From assembly GCF_046105845.1 (NCBI RefSeq), contig NZ_CP151004.1: a stretch of DNA of 64,000 bases; one strand, written 5' to 3'. Each line of letters starts with the position of its first letter. The first letter of the stretch is position 1. This stretch comes from Escherichia coli (lineage in GTDB: Bacteria; Pseudomonadota; Gammaproteobacteria; Enterobacterales; Enterobacteriaceae). The translations under genes and the position numbers were made by a program. Shown here piece by piece: positions 44,417 to 58,500 of the stretch. The notes under the pieces are model-generated. The model made no database searches and was not told the DNA's origin. It saw nothing but the letters and a program-made list of their open reading frames with translations.

Positions 44417-46575
44417 GCGGCAGACCCCTTATTCTTCTCCTGCAACACCACCCGTCGCGCCGTGGGTTCGCTCTGTTCACGCAAAATGGCCTCTTTCGCG
44501 CCATCCATCACAATCCGCCCCTGATCCATCACGATGATCCTGTCCACCAGTTGCAGCATCGCCGTGCGGTGAGTAGCGATGACCAGCGTGCGATGCCCAA
44601 TCCACTGTTTCAGTTGTTCGATTAAATACGCTTCCGCCATTTCGTCCAGCGAGGCGCTGGGTTCATCGAGCAGCACGATATTGGGTTGAGAGATGAGTAG
44701 CCGCGCCAGCAGCAGCGTTTGCCGCTGACCACCAGAGAGGCCAAATCCCCCTTCCTGAATCATGTAGTTGAGGCCGTTTTTCTGCTTCTGCACAAAGGGC
44801 AGCGCGCCACTTAGCGTTAACGCGCGTTCGATATCTTCATCGCTGGCCTCCGGCATCCCCATGGTGAGGTTTTCCCGCAGCGAACCAAAAAACAGTCGCC
44901 CGGTCTGGCTCAGCAGCCCCATGTCGCGGCGCAGATCTGCCGGATCAAGTTGCCCGATGCTGATGTTATCCAGTAGCACCTGCCCCTGCTGGGCGATACG
45001 CATTCCGGCGAGCATTTGCAGTAGCGTTGATTTACCCGCGCCGTTGCGCCCGAGAATGGCGATTTTCTCTCCGGCCTGAATGTTGAGTTTGCCAATCGCC
45101 ACATCGGCAATCTTCTCTTCTTCGTCGTAATAAAATACCGCGTTGCTGAACTGATAATTGCCGTGCAGCACCGCTTTATGCACCAGTTTGCCGTGTTCCG
45201 GCTGATCCACCGGGCGCTTCATCAGTTCATCAAGGCCATTACGCGCTACTTTCGCCTGCTGCCAGCGCGAGAGCACGCCGGATATCTGCGACAGCGGCGC
45301 GATGGTGCGCGAAGCCAGGATCGTCGTCCCGACCAGCGCGCCGGTGGTCATGTCACCGTTCATTACCATAAAGCAGCCCACCAACAGCACCACCACGTAG
45401 ACGATGGACTGCACTTCCTGGGTCCAGGTGAGCAGTAGCCCGGTGAGAAAACGTTGCTTCATACTGATGGACGAGGCCACGTCGTTGGTGTGGTTCCACT
45501 GATTCTGAAAACGCTGTTCGGCGCGCAGCAGCTTAATATCTTCAATCGACTGCACGGCTTCCACCAGCGTAGCGTTACGCACCGCCGACTCGCGCATCCC
45601 TTCGTTCGCCAGCCGCGCCAGCGGGCGTTGTACCAGCAGGCCGGGGATCACCAATAACGGCAGCGCCAGCAAAACCACCAGCACCAGCCAGCCGCCAATC
45701 ATCCACAAAATAAAGACAAACAGCAGGAAGAACGGCAGATCCGCCACTGCACCAATAGTGGTGGAGGTGATCAGCTCCCGAACCGATTCCAGTTCGCGGA
45801 TCTGCGAGATAAACGATCCGGTGGATTTCGATCGCACGTTGTTTTTAAGCCGTAGCGCATGACCAAAAACGCGATCCGAAATACGCAGATCCGCCCGCTT
45901 GCCGATCACATCCGAAAGATGTGTGCGCACCATGCGCATACAGAACTCAAACAGGATCGCCATCATCACCCCGGCGAACAGCACCCATAGCGTCGGGTAC
46001 GATTGCGCCGGAACGACGCGGTCGTAAACCTGCATCGAGAAAATCATCGCCGCAAGCGCCAGCACGTTCGCCACCAGTGACGCCAGCATAATATCGCCAT
46101 AGCGCCGCCAGTCTTTTAGCGAGAGATTCCAGAACCAGTTCGCCTGATACGGGCGAATATAGTCGTCTACCCGCGCGTCAGGAATAGCGCTGAGCGGGCG
46201 CAACAGCGCCAGTTCGACGATGTTATCTTCAATATCCGTAACGTTAAGCGTGGTTTCCAGCCCTTCGTCACCGCTGAACTGAACGCTGATATTGTCGTGA
46301 TTATCGCGGCGGGTGATCACGCCAATCTGCTGATTATCAAATACCGCGATCAGCGGCAGACGCCACGGGTTAAGCGAGTCGGCGGAGAACTCCACCAACC
46401 GTAACCCCATTCCCAACTGCCGCGCCATATCGGTGAGCAACTCTTCCCGCTTGCTGTCGCGCTCCCAGTTGACGGTTGCGCGCACGTTCTCCTGAGAAAA
46501 ATCGAGGCGGTAATAACGCGCCACGGCGATCATCGCCTCCAGCCAGGCTTCCACGGACTGGGCATTTTTTTTCAT
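44413..46575 (-). CDS. Type I secretion ABC transporter (ATPase/permease) with N-terminal C39-like extension
   Basis: 720-aa ORF: ~150-aa N-terminal extension, 6-TM region, then Walker A GRNGAGKST, signature LSGGQRQ, Walker B LLDEPSASLD; its stop overlaps the adaptor start (ATGA). Confidence 0.9.
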   Translation of the reverse strand: MKKNAQSVEAWLEAMIAVARYYRLDFSQENVRATVNWERDSKREELLTDMARQLGMGLRLVEFSADSLNPWRLPLIAVFDNQQIGVITRRDNHDNISVQFSGDEGLETTLNVTDIEDNIVELALLRPLSAIPDARVDDYIRPYQANWFWNLSLKDWRRYGDIMLASLVANVLALAAMIFSMQVYDRVVPAQSYPTLWVLFAGVMMAILFEFCMRMVRTHLSDVIGKRADLRISDRVFGHALRLKNNVRSKSTGSFISQIRELESVRELITSTTIGAVADLPFFLLFVFILWMIGGWLVLVVLLALPLLVIPGLLVQRPLARLANEGMRESAVRNATLVEAVQSIEDIKLLRAEQRFQNQWNHTNDVASSISMKQRFLTGLLLTWTQEVQSIVYVVVLLVGCFMVMNGDMTTGALVGTTILASRTIAPLSQISGVLSRWQQAKVARNGLDELMKRPVDQPEHGKLVHKAVLHGNYQFSNAVFYYDEEEKIADVAIGKLNIQAGEKIAILGRNGAGKSTLLQMLAGMRIAQQGQVLLDNISIGQLDPADLRRDMGLLSQTGRLFFGSLRENLTMGMPEASDEDIERALTLSGALPFVQKQKNGLNYMIQEGGFGLSGGQRQTLLLARLLISQPNIVLLDEPSASLDEMAEAYLIEQLKQWIGHRTLVIATHRTAMLQLVDRIIVMDQGRIVMDGAKEAILREQSEPTARRVVLQEKNKGSAA

Positions 46576-46578
46576 TAT

Positions 46579-49500
46579 CTACACCACCATCAACTGATGA
46601 TTCGCCAGCAAAGTGGCGAGGTCGGTGTGCACGCCCGTCAGCGTGACCACGTTAGTTGTCGCAAAAGTGCCGCCCGTGCCGTCGCGGTCGATCTGTACGA
46701 TGGTGTCGCTGCCGCTCTGGGTGACTTTGACAAAATCACCGATGTTTCCGGCCTGCGCATCCAGCGTTGCCACGCCGTTGACGTAGCTGGCTTTACCGTT
46801 GCCGGTGTAGCCGCTGCCCTGTAACAACTCGCGGATATCAATGCGATCGGTGTCGGCGGTGCCTTCCCATGTCCCTACCGTAAAGCCATTCACCACGTCT
46901 GAGCCGTTGCCGCCGGTCGCGTCGCTGGCGTTGAGCAGTTTATAGAGCAAGGTGTCGTGGCCGCCGTTGCCGATGTTGAGCGTGTCGTTACCGCCGCGCC
47001 CTTCCAGTTGGTTATCGCCGCTGCTGCCGGTCAGAGTGTCGTTAAAATTCGAGCCGGATATCCCTTCGATATTGGTAAATGTCGAGGTGTTAAAGCCGGT
47101 GGCCTGCGCGGCGGTGCTGCTTAAGTTCGCGGTCACGCCCACCGTCGAGAGGCGGAAATCAACCACGTCCATCCCGCCATTCGCCAGCCACGTTCCGGTG
47201 CCGGAGCTGTACACCCAACCGCCGGAGCCGTCGTAAGTGTCGGTGCCTGCGGTGGCAAAGAAGGTGTCGTTATAGCCGGTGCCGACGAACTTGCCATTGT
47301 TGCTCGCGGTGCCTGCTTCGGCGCTGAGGTCGTAAGCGTGGGTGGCATCGGTGGCCTGTAAGCCGCCCCAGCTGGTGTTGACCGTCTGGTCGATATTGCT
47401 GGCGGTGGTGCCGGTGGATTTGATCAGCACCGCGTTGTAGGTTTCTCCGGCATTCAGCCCGTAGAAGTTGACCAGCGCCGAGGTGTCGTTAACCCCCATA
47501 CCCGACTGCGGGTTGATGATTTGCGTGGCGACCAGCACTCCCGCCGAGTTGTACAGTTTTACGGTATTGCCGTAATAGACGTTAATGCCGTTAGGATCGG
47601 TGATGCGCAGGTGCAGCGAAGTGCCGTAGCTCACCGTGTTGGTGTTGCGAATAAGATAGACGCTGCCCGACTGTTTGGTCACCAGCACATCCACCGCGCC
47701 GTCCCAGTCGTAGTCCATTGCCGCCACGCCGCTGGTGGTACCGCTCTGGCTACCGCCGAGGGCCGATTGTGTCCAGTTGCTGGCATTGCTGACGTTGGTA
47801 TAAAGATACGACTGCCCGGTCTGGGCGATACGGGCGATATCCATCAGGCCGTCATGGTTCCAGTCCACCGCCAGGCTAAACTGGCTGGCGTAGGTGGTTG
47901 CCGTTGCGCCCACCGCCACCGGGCTACCCAGTACACCGTTGGTGTTGAATAACAGCGAGCCGTAGTTAGCTCTTCCCTGGCTGGCGGGCAGGAAGAGATC
48001 CATATCGCCGTCGCCATCGAAATCGGCCCAGGTCATGGAAACGCTGCTGCTCATAGCGCCACTACCCGCCCCGCTCAGGAAGGTATTGGTGGTGTTCTGC
48101 CCCCAGACAAACGTCCCATTCCCCTGGTTGATGAGCGAAGACAGTGTGTAATAGTTATTCAGGTTATAGGTGTGCTGAACCAGGTCGATCCTGCCGTCAT
48201 TATTCAGATCGACGCCAGAACCTTCGTTGAGCGAAAGATACCCCGTCACCGCCCCGCCCACCGTGGCGCTACCGCCGCTGTTCGACGTGGTGGAGGTGCC
48301 TACCAGCGTGCCTGCGTTGTTCCACAAGAAGGTGTTAGAGTCCGGCCCGCCCGCGTCGCCAATCCAGAAGTCGAGATAGCCGTCGCCCTCTTTATCAAAT
48401 GCCACAATCGAGCCGTACCACGTCAGGGTGCCGACGGTGACCTGAATAGCGCTGGAAAAGGTGCCGTCGCCGTTATTGGTAAAGCCGTTGATATAGCCTG
48501 TACCGTAGTCATCACGGGTGATAAACAGATCGCCCGTGCCGTTACGGTCGTAATCGGCGATGGAGCTGGTGGCGTAGTTGTTGCCGCTCTGATACAGCGT
48601 CAGCGCGGTCTTCGACCAGGTGAGTGGGTCAGTCGATTGCATTACCTGCTGGTTTGCCAGCACCGTCCACATCCCGTGCGAGTCGAGGCCGTAGGTCAAT
48701 CCCCAGGCGGTGGTTTTGCTGACGGTGGTCCAGGTCGGTGTGTAATCAATCGCCGCATTAACCGTCACCGTGCCGTTGCTAATATTGGCGTTATTGCCGT
48801 TACCCGCCGAACTTTTTACCTGCGCAGTAACGGTATAGGCGGTCGCGGAAACTGTCAGCGCATCGGTATCCGGCAACTGTACATACCAGGTGTTGTGCGC
48901 CGGATCGACCACTACCGCGCCGCCCGGTTCAGAGGTGTAGGTTTTGCCGTTGATCACCACTTCAACATACTGCCCACTGGCGAGTGCCGCCGTGATTACC
49001 CCGCTGATAATCGGCGTGGTATCGCGCGTGGTCTGGCTGGTAATTTGCGCCAGCGTGGTCGGAATAGAGGTATCGACCGTCAGGACAAAATCACTGGAGG
49101 CGGTGATATTCCCCGCCAGATCCACCACTCGCGCACTGTAGGTGTAGGCACCGCTCACCAGCCCGCTGTCGCTGTAGGTCCAGTTCAGTGCGCCTACCAT
49201 CGTTACCGCGCCTAACAGCAGGCCGTTACGGTAGAGGTAAACCACTTCACCGCTGGCAAGCGGGCCGGAGAGCACGCCGTTCAGCAACGGCGTAGTGTCG
49301 TCGGTGGCCTGCGAACTGCTTAATGTCCCCTGCCGCTGCCCGACGTCATCAGTGTACGACACAATGGTCGGCGTCGCGGTGGGGTTAATCGTATCGACCA
49401 CCACCGTTTTCGACACCACCGGACCGGTGTTCCCCGCCAGATCCAGCACCCGCACCTGATAAACATAGCTGCCGTCGGTCAGCGTGCGGCTGTCAGTGTA

Positions 49501-52500
49501 GGTCCACTGCGTGCCGTTGGTGGTGAGCGTGATCCAGGTCGCGCCACCATCGAGGCTAATCTGCGCCACTTCGCCACTGGCAAGCCCCGCCCCCAGTGAA
49601 CCCGTCAGCGTGAGCGTGGTATCGCTGGTGATAAAGTCAGTTGCCGAACTCCCCGTGTCGGTGCTGATACTGGCGATGGTGAGTACCTGCGCCGGGTTAA
49701 CGGTATCGATCAGCGCCGACTGGCTGCCGGTTGCGCCAACGTTGCCCGCAAGATCGACTACCCGCACCTGCCAGGTGGTGGTGCCGTTGGTGAGCGTGCG
49801 CCCGTCAACGTAACTCCAGTTAAGGCCGTCTGCGGCGACGGTCACGTTCACCCAGGTTGCGCCGTTGTCGGTACTGATTTGCGCGAACTCATTAGCGCCG
49901 AGCGCCGCGCCCAGCACGCCGCGCACGGTAAGCGAGGTGTCGCTGGTAATAAAATCGCTACTGCTGGCTCCGGTGTCATCGCTGATACCGGTAATGGTGA
50001 TACTTTTCGCCGCTTCCGGGCTGGTGGTGTCGACCACCACATTTTGCGTTGCGGTCTGCCCGACATTCCCCGCCAGATCCACCACCCGCACCGTGTAGTT
50101 CCAGGTGCCGTCGGTCAGTGTGCGACCATCGGCATAGCTCCAGCTGGTGCCGATAACGGTTAAGGTGGTCCAGGTAACACCGCCGTCGAGGCTGATTTGC
50201 GCCCGTTCATCGGCGGCAAGCGCCGCGCCGAGCGTGCCGCGCACGGTCAGCGTGGTGTCGCGGGTGACAAAATCGCTGCTGCTTAACCCGGTGTCATCGC
50301 TGATGCCCGCAATGGCGATGGTTTTGCTCGCCAGCGGCGCGGTGGTGTCCACAGTGACTATCTGGCTGGCGGTCGCGCCGATATTTCCGGCGGTGTCGAT
50401 CACCCGCACCTGATAGTTGTAGTTGCCGTCGCTCAGCGTGCGCCCGTCAAGATATGTCCAGGTTAAGCCGCTTACCGAAAGATTCTGCCAGGTGGTGCCG
50501 CCGTCGATGCTGATTTGCGCGAACTCACCGGCAGAAAGCGCCGCGCCCAGCGTGCCGCTTACCGCAAGCGTCGTGTCGCTGGTGACAAAATCGTTAGTGA
50601 TCAGGCCCGTATCGGTAGTGATCGCGCTGATGGCGATGGTTTTCACCGCGGGATCTGGCGCGATGGTGTCGATCACCACATTCTGGCTGTCGGTGGCACC
50701 GACGTTGCCCGCAGCGTCAATCACCCGCACCTGATAGAGATAGTTGCCATCGGTCAGCGTGCGGCTGTCGTTATAACGCCAGGTCGTGCCGGTAACGGTG
50801 AGCGTGGTCCAGGTTACGCCGCCGTCGATACTGATTTGTGCCGTCTCGTTACTGGCAAGCGCGGCGGTGAGCGAGCCGTTGACCACCACCGGACTGACGC
50901 TGGTGATAAAGTCGCTGGCGCTAAGCCCAGTGTCGGCTTGCAGGGAATCGATATTAATACCCATCGCCGGGACGCTGAGATCGACAGTAATGGTGTGATT
51001 GCTGCTGCCGGTGTTGCCAATGGCGTTGCTCACCGAGGCATTAATCACATAGGCATTGCCGTCCGTCAGCGCGGTGACATCGGCGCTGCCGAGGGTGTAG
51101 CTCCAGCTACCGCCGGTCTGTACCGTGGTGGTGTAGGTTTTGCCGTTTAAGGTCAGGGTCAGCGTCTGCCCGACGGGTGCGGTGGTGGTGCCGCTGATCA
51201 CCAGCGACGAGCCGTGTTCCGCCGCGTTCACCACATCATCGCCCGCAAAGGTGTTGATGGTGACGGTAGGCACATCGCCGTTCAACGTCACGCCACGGCT
51301 GGCGCTGCCGGGGTTTCCGGCCTGATCGGCGACCGACGCGCTGATGGTGTAGCTGCCGTCGCTTAATCCGGCAAACTGCTGCGCCGGAATAAACACCGAC
51401 CAGCTTCCGCCGCTGCCGACCGTTGCAGTCCAGCTCTGACCGTTAAAGGTGACGGTCACCGTCTGGCCCACTTCAGCGGTGGTGGTGCCGCTGATGGTTT
51501 GCCCAGCGAGCTGTTCGGCGTTGTTGATAATATCGTCACCCGCCACCGTGGCGATGGTGACCGTGGGCGCAACGGTATCGACGGTCAGGGCGTGCGTGGT
51601 TTGACCGGGGTTACCGGCGCGATCGTTCACGCTGGCGGTAATGGTCTGCGCGCCCTGCCCGAGTGCGGCCAGATCCGCCGCAGGCACGTTAAGCGCCCAG
51701 GTGCCATTGGCGGCCACCGTGGCAGTGTAAGTTTTGCCGCCAAAGGTGACAGTGACCGTCTGCCCCACTTCCGCGCTGGTCGAGCCGTTAAGGGTTAACG
51801 GCTGCTGTTGTTCGGCGGCGTTGAGTCGGTCGTCCGTTGAAACCGTGTTTATGCTGATAATCGGCGCGGTGAGATCCACCGCAACACTGCGCGAGGCCGT
51901 GGCGCTGTTTCCGGCGCTGTCCTGGGCGGAGGCGCTAACCGTGTAGCTGGTGCCATCCGCCAGTGCCGCGACGTCTGCCGCCGGCACGTTCACGCTCCAG
52001 CTCCCGTTGCTCTGAATGGTGGCGCTGTAGCCTTTGCCGTTAAGCAACACGGTCACTACTGTACCTGCGGCAAAGTTCGTTCCGGTGCCGATCAGGGTCA
52101 GCGCACTGCCCGCTTCGGCGGCGTTAATAATATTATCGCCGCTGATGGTGCTGACCGAGAGCGACACTGCCGCCGTGTTCACCTGCACGTTGTGCGTCTG
52201 CGTGCTGCTGTTGCCTGCGCTATCGGTGATAGTGGCGCTGATGGTCACCGTGCCGTCTGCAAGGCCGGAAATCACGCTGGCAGGCACGCCGACGCTCCAG
52301 TTGCCGCTGGCATCGGTGCTGGTGACATACTGCTGCCCGGCGATGGTCACCACCAGGCGGTCGCCCGCCACTGCGCCCGTGGCGGTGCCGCTGATAATCT
52401 GCGCCTGAGTGTGTTCGACGTTGTTAATCACATCATCGCCCGCCACGGTGTTAAAACTGATCACCGGCGCAGTGGTATCGACGGTCACGCCTTTGCTGGC

Positions 52501-55500
52501 GCTGCCAGGGTTACCCGCCAAATCGCTGACCGTGGCGGTCAGGGTGTAGCCGTTATTGGCAAGTGCGGTTAAGTCGCTGGCGGGCAGCGTTAAACTCCAG
52601 CTGCCGTCTGCCTGCACCGTGGTCTGGTAGTTAGTGCCGTTAAGCGTGACGGTCAGCGTCTGCCCCGTCTCCGCCGTGCTGGTGCCGGATACCGTCACGC
52701 CCGCCGCCGCTTCGCTGGCATTGATGATGTTATCGCTGGCAATGGTGTTGATGGTCACCGTTGGCGCGGCGCTATCGACGCTGTATTCATGCGTTGCCGT
52801 GGCGCTGTTGCCGTTGACGTTAGTCACCCGCACCTGGGCGCTGGCATCGCCGTCACGCAGGGCCGCCATATCCGCCGCCGGAACGGTGGTGCTCCAGCTA
52901 CCGTTTGCCGCCACCGTGGTGGTGTAGGTTTTACCGCCAAAAGTAATGGTAACGGTTTGCCCCGCTTCGACGCCGGACGTGCTGCCGGAGAGCGTTAGCG
53001 CCGCGCCTTTTTCGGCGGCGTTAATCACATCATCGCTGGTAATGCTGTTCATGCTGATGGCGACGGTAGTGAGATCAACAGTCAGCGGATGGGTAATGCT
53101 GGTTTGCGTTCCGGCACTGTTCGCGCCGCTAACGGTAATGTTCAGCGTTCCCGCAGGCCAGTTGCTGACATCCGCCGCCGGAACGCCGACGCTCCAGCTG
53201 CCGTTTGCCAGCACCGTGGCGGCGTAAGTTTGGTTATTAATCACCACCGTCAACGCCGTACCTGCGGCAAAACCGGAACTGCTGCCAGTAATCACCTGCG
53301 CCTGGGCGTGTTCGATAATATTCACCACATCATCGCCCGCGACGGTATCCACCCGCAGGCCGGGTAGACTGGCATCGATGGTGATATCGCGCGTGCCGCT
53401 ACCGGTGTTGCCAACGGCGTTGGTCACCAAGGCATTAACCGTTAACTCACCGTTACCCAGCGCCTGCCAGTCGGCGGCAGGTACGCTCACATTCCAACTT
53501 AAATCAGCCTGGACCGTGGCGGTGTAAGTTTTACCGCCCAGTTCAACGGTGACGGTGCTGCCCGCCGCCGCACCGGTTACCTGGCCGCTGATGGTTTGCG
53601 CACTGCCTGCTTCAGCGGCGTTGATAATATCGTCCGTCGCCACCGGATTAATGGTGACGCCCGGTAGCGCGGTATTGACCTGCACGTTATGGCTGGCGGT
53701 GCTGCTGTTACCCTGAGCATTTGTGACGCTCGCCGTCACGCTGTAGGTGGCTTCGCCCAGCGCACTGACCGCCGAGGCGGGCACGGTTACGCTCCAGTTG
53801 CCGGAGGCGTCGGTAGTGGCGCTGTAGTTTTGTCCGTTCAGCGTAACGGTGATCGCCGTACCCGCAGGCTGATCGCTGGTGCCGGAAAGCGTCAGATCAG
53901 ATCCTTTTTCCGTCGCGTTGATCACATCATCGCCCGCGATGGTGTTGATGCTAATCACTGGCGCGCTGAGGCTGACGGTCACGGTGCGGCTGGCGTCATC
54001 GCTGTTACCCGCCCGATCGCTGACGCTGGCGGTGATGGTCTGTGCGCCGCTACCCAGTGCCGTAACATCCGCCGCTGGAACGCCAACGCTCCAGTTGCCG
54101 GAGGCATCCAGGGTGGTGGTGTAGGTTTTGCCGTTGAGCACAACGCTCACCACATCGCCCGCTTCCCCGCCCGTGCTGGTGCCGGAGATCACCAGCGCCT
54201 GCGCATGTTCGGCATCGTTGATAATGTCATCGCCCGCCACAGTGTTAATGGTGAGAACCGGCGCGGTGGTGTCTACCGCCAGATTATGGCTGGCGCTGCC
54301 GGGGTTGCCCGCTTTGTCGTTGACCGTGGCGCTGACGGTGTAATTGCTTGCGCTCAGCGCGCCTAAGGCTGAAGGGGGAACGCTGACGCTCCAGCTACCG
54401 TCTGCCTGCACATTACCGCTGTAGGTTGCGCCGTTAAGGGTGACGGTGACCGTCTGCCCGGTTTCGGCGGTGCTGGTGCCGCTGATGGTGAGCGGGCTTC
54501 CCGCCTCCGTGGCGTTAAGAATATCGTCGCTGGCAATGGTGTTAATGGTGAGCGTCGGCGCGCTGGCGTCAACGCTGTACGCATGGGTCGCCGAGGCGCT
54601 GTTACCGCTCGCGCTGCTAACGCTGGCCTGCACGTTCGCCGCGCCGTCTGGCAGAGTTGCCAGATCTGCCGCCGGAACGTTCACACTCCAGCTTCCGTTG
54701 GCGGCGACGCTTGCGGTGTAGGTTTTACCGCCAAAGATGACGGTAACGGTTTGCCCGCTTTCAATCCCGCTGGTGCTGCCGGAAAGGGTCAGACCAGTGC
54801 CTTTTTCGGCGGCGTTAATTACGTCGTCGCTGGCAACGGTGTTGATGCTGATTGCCACCGCCGTTAAATCGACGGTGAACGGATGGCTGACGCTGACCGG
54901 ATTTCCGGCGCTGCTCTGGCCTGCCACGTCAACGGTTAACGCCCCCGCAGGCCATGCGCTGACGTTTGTCGCCGGAATGCCGACGCTCCAGCTCCCGTCT
55001 GCCTGTACCGTGGCGGAATAAGCCGTGCCGTTAATCGTGATCGTCAATGGCACGCCTGCATTCAGGCCGCTACTGCCGCCAGTGATCACCAGCGCCTGCC
55101 CGTGTTCAATGCTGTTGACGATATCATCGCCCGCTACCGTATCCACGCGCAGCCCTGGCAGGTTAGCGTCAATGGTGATATCCCGCGTACCGCTGCCCGT
55201 ATTGCCATTCGCGTTGGTGACCGAAGCGTTAATGGTCAAATCGCCATTGCCCAACGCCTGGAGATCGGCTGCCGGAACGCTGATACTCCAGCTTAAGTTG
55301 CCCTGTACCGTGGTGGTGTAAGTGTTGCCGCCCAGCGTGACGGTAACCGTATCGCCAGCGGCGGCACGAGTGACCACCCCGCTGATGGTTTGATCGGCCC
55401 CGGCTTCGGCGGCGTTGATAATATCATCGCCCGCCACGGTGTTGATGGTAACGCCCGGCAGGCCGCTATCGATCAGTAAATTCGCCTGGCTGCTGGCGGT

Positions 55501-58500
55501 GTTACCCGCCGCACTGGTGGCACTGGCGCTGACGGTATAGTTGGCCTGACCTAGAGCCGCCAGATCGCTCACCGGCACGGTTAAGGTCCAGTTGCCCGCC
55601 GCGTCGGTGGTGGCGCTGTAGTTATGACCGTTGAGCGTGACGGTGACCTGCGCGCCCGTCGCCAGCCCCGTACTGCTACCGCTAATGGTCAACGGCTGGC
55701 CTTTTTCATCGGCGTTCAGGACGTTATCGCCGCTGATGGCGTTAAAGGTAATTGACGGCAGGCCAGTATTGACCGTCACCTGATGCGTGGCGCTGCCGCT
55801 GTTTCCGGCGGCATCGGTGACGCTGGCGTTAATGGTCACCGTGCCGTTCGCCAGCGCCGAGACGACGCTTGCCGGAACGCCGACGCTCCAGTTACCGCTG
55901 GCATCCAGCACGGTGGTGAAGGTATTTGTGCCGATAGTCACCGTCACGGTGCTACCGGTTGCCGCACCCGTGGCGGAGCCGCTGATAATCTGCGCCTGGG
56001 CGTGTTCCGTCGCGTTGATCACATCATCGCCTGCCACCGTGTTGATGGTGACGACCGGAACGGAAGTATCCACCGTCAGGTTGTGATTAACCGAGGCCGG
56101 GTTTCCGGCTTTGTCGCTCACCGCCGCATTCACGGTGTAGTTGCTGGCGGTCAGGGCGCTTAAGTCGGCTGGCGGTACGCTGACGCTCCAGCTACCGTCC
56201 GTTTGAACCGTGCCAGTATAGTTTTCGCCATTGAGGGTGACGGTCACTGTCTGCCCCGCTTCCGCCGTGCTGCTGCCAGTGATAGTCAGCGCAGCACCCG
56301 CTTCGGCGGCGTTAAGAATGTCGTCGCCCGCAATGGTGTTAATGGTCACCGTTGGCGCGGTAGCATCGACGCTGTAAGCGTGGGTAGTGGTGGCGCTGTT
56401 GCCGTTAACATTGCTGACGTTGGCCTGCGCGCTGGCATCGCCATCACGCAGGGCCGCCATATCTGCCGCCGGAACCGAGGTGCTCCAGGAACCATTCGCC
56501 GCGACGCTTGCAGTGTAGGTTTTGCCGCCAAAGGTGACGGTGACCGTTTGCCCGGCCTCCACACCAGAAGTGCTGCCAGAGAGCGTTAACGCCGCGCCTT
56601 TTTCGGCAGCGTTAATCACGTCATCGGCAGTAATGGCGTTGATGCTGACCGCCACCGCAGTGAGATCGACAGTCACCGGATGCGTAACGCTGACCGGATT
56701 TCCGGCTGTGGTGCTACCGCTCGCCGTAATCGTGACCGTCCCCGCAGGCCAGGCGCTGACATCTGCCGCCGGAACGCCGACGCTCCATGAGCCATCCGCC
56801 AGTACCGCCGCAACATAGGTTTGCCCGTTAATGGTCAGCGTGACGTTACTGCCCGTCGCCAGACCGGAACTGCTGCCGGTAATCATCAGCGCCTGTCCGT
56901 GCTCGATAATATTGACCACATCATCGCCAGCGACAGTATCGACCCGCAGACCGGGCAGATTCGCGTCGATGGTGATTTCACGCGTGCCGTTACCGGTATT
57001 ACCTACGCTGTTCGTTACCGAAGCCGAAATGGTCAGCTCGCCGTTGCCCAGCGCCTGTAAAGCGGCTGCCGGAACATTAATACTCCAGCTTAAATTCGCC
57101 TGCACCGTGGCAGTGTAAGTCGCCCCGCCGAGCGTGACGGTTACCGTGTCGCCCGCTGCCGCGCCCGTCACTTGCCCGCTGATGCTCTGGCCCGCGCCCG
57201 CTTCGGCAGCGTTAATAATATCGTCGCTCGCGACAACGTTAATGGTGACGCCCGGCAGCGCGGTATTAACCTGCACGTTATGGCTGGCGGAACCGCTGTT
57301 GCCATCAGAGTCAGTAGCGGCGGCGGTCACCGTGTAAGTGGCTTCACCGAGGGCGCTCACCCGTGACGCCGGAACGGTCACGCTCCAGTTACCGGATGCA
57401 TCGGCAGTGGTGGTGTAATTTTGCCCGTTGAGCGTAACGGTTATCTGCGTGCCCGCAGGCTGGTCGCTGGTGCCGGAAATCGCCAGATCCGCGCCTTTCT
57501 CCGTGGCGTTGATGATGTCATCGACGGCAATGGTGTTAATGCTAAGTACCGGAGCGCCGAGCGCCACGCTGACACTGTGCGAGGCCGTGCCGCTGTTGCC
57601 TGCGGAGTCGGTGACCGTGGCGGTAATGGTCACATCCCCCTGCGCCAGTGCGGAAATCACGCTGGCAGGCACACCGATGCTCCAGTTGCCGTTGGCGTCC
57701 AGCACGGTGGTATAGGTAGTCGTGCCAATGGTCACGGAAACCGTGTTACCGGTCGTCGCGCCCGTTGCCGAGCCGCTGATAATCTGCGCCTGAGCATGTT
57801 CCGTGGCGTTGATGATGTCATCGCCCGCCACCGTGTTAATGGTGACAACCGGAGCGGCAAGGTCCACCGTCAGATTATGTGTTGCTGAAGCCGGATTTCC
57901 GGCTTTGTCGCTGACCGCCGCGCTCACCGTATAGGGACTGACAGTGAGGTTGGCTAAATCGCCAGTTGGTACGCTGACGCTCCAGTTCCCGTCTGCCTGC
58001 ACGTTGCCGCTGTAATTGACGCCGTTTAGCGTCACAGTCACCGTCTGCCCGGCTTCCGCCGTGGTGGTGCCGCTGATGGTCAGCGCCGATCCCGCTTCGG
58101 CGGCGTTAAGAATATCGTCGCTGGCGATGGTGTTGATGGTAACGGATGGCGCGGTGGCATCGACGCTGTAAGCATGCGTTGCCTGGGCGCTGTTACCTGC
58201 GACGTTGCTGACGCTGGCCTGGACGTTTGCTGCGCCGTCAGGCAAGGTTGCGAGATCGGCGACTGGGATCGTTAGCCCCCAGGTGCCGCCCGCGGCAACC
58301 GTGGTGGTGTAGCTTTTACCACCGAAGATAACGGTGATGGTCTGCCCCGCTTCCACGCCGGAGGTGGTGCCGGAAAGCTGCAAATCGCTGCCTTTTTCGG
58401 CGGCATTAATTACATCGTCAGTGGAAAGGGTGTTGATGGTGATCGCCACAGTAGCGAGATCGACCGTGACCGGATGAGTAATGCTGGTTGTGGTTCCGGC

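Noticed and set aside
43799-44524. 241-aa plus-strand ORF
   Set aside because: Antisense to the HlyD-family adaptor gene.
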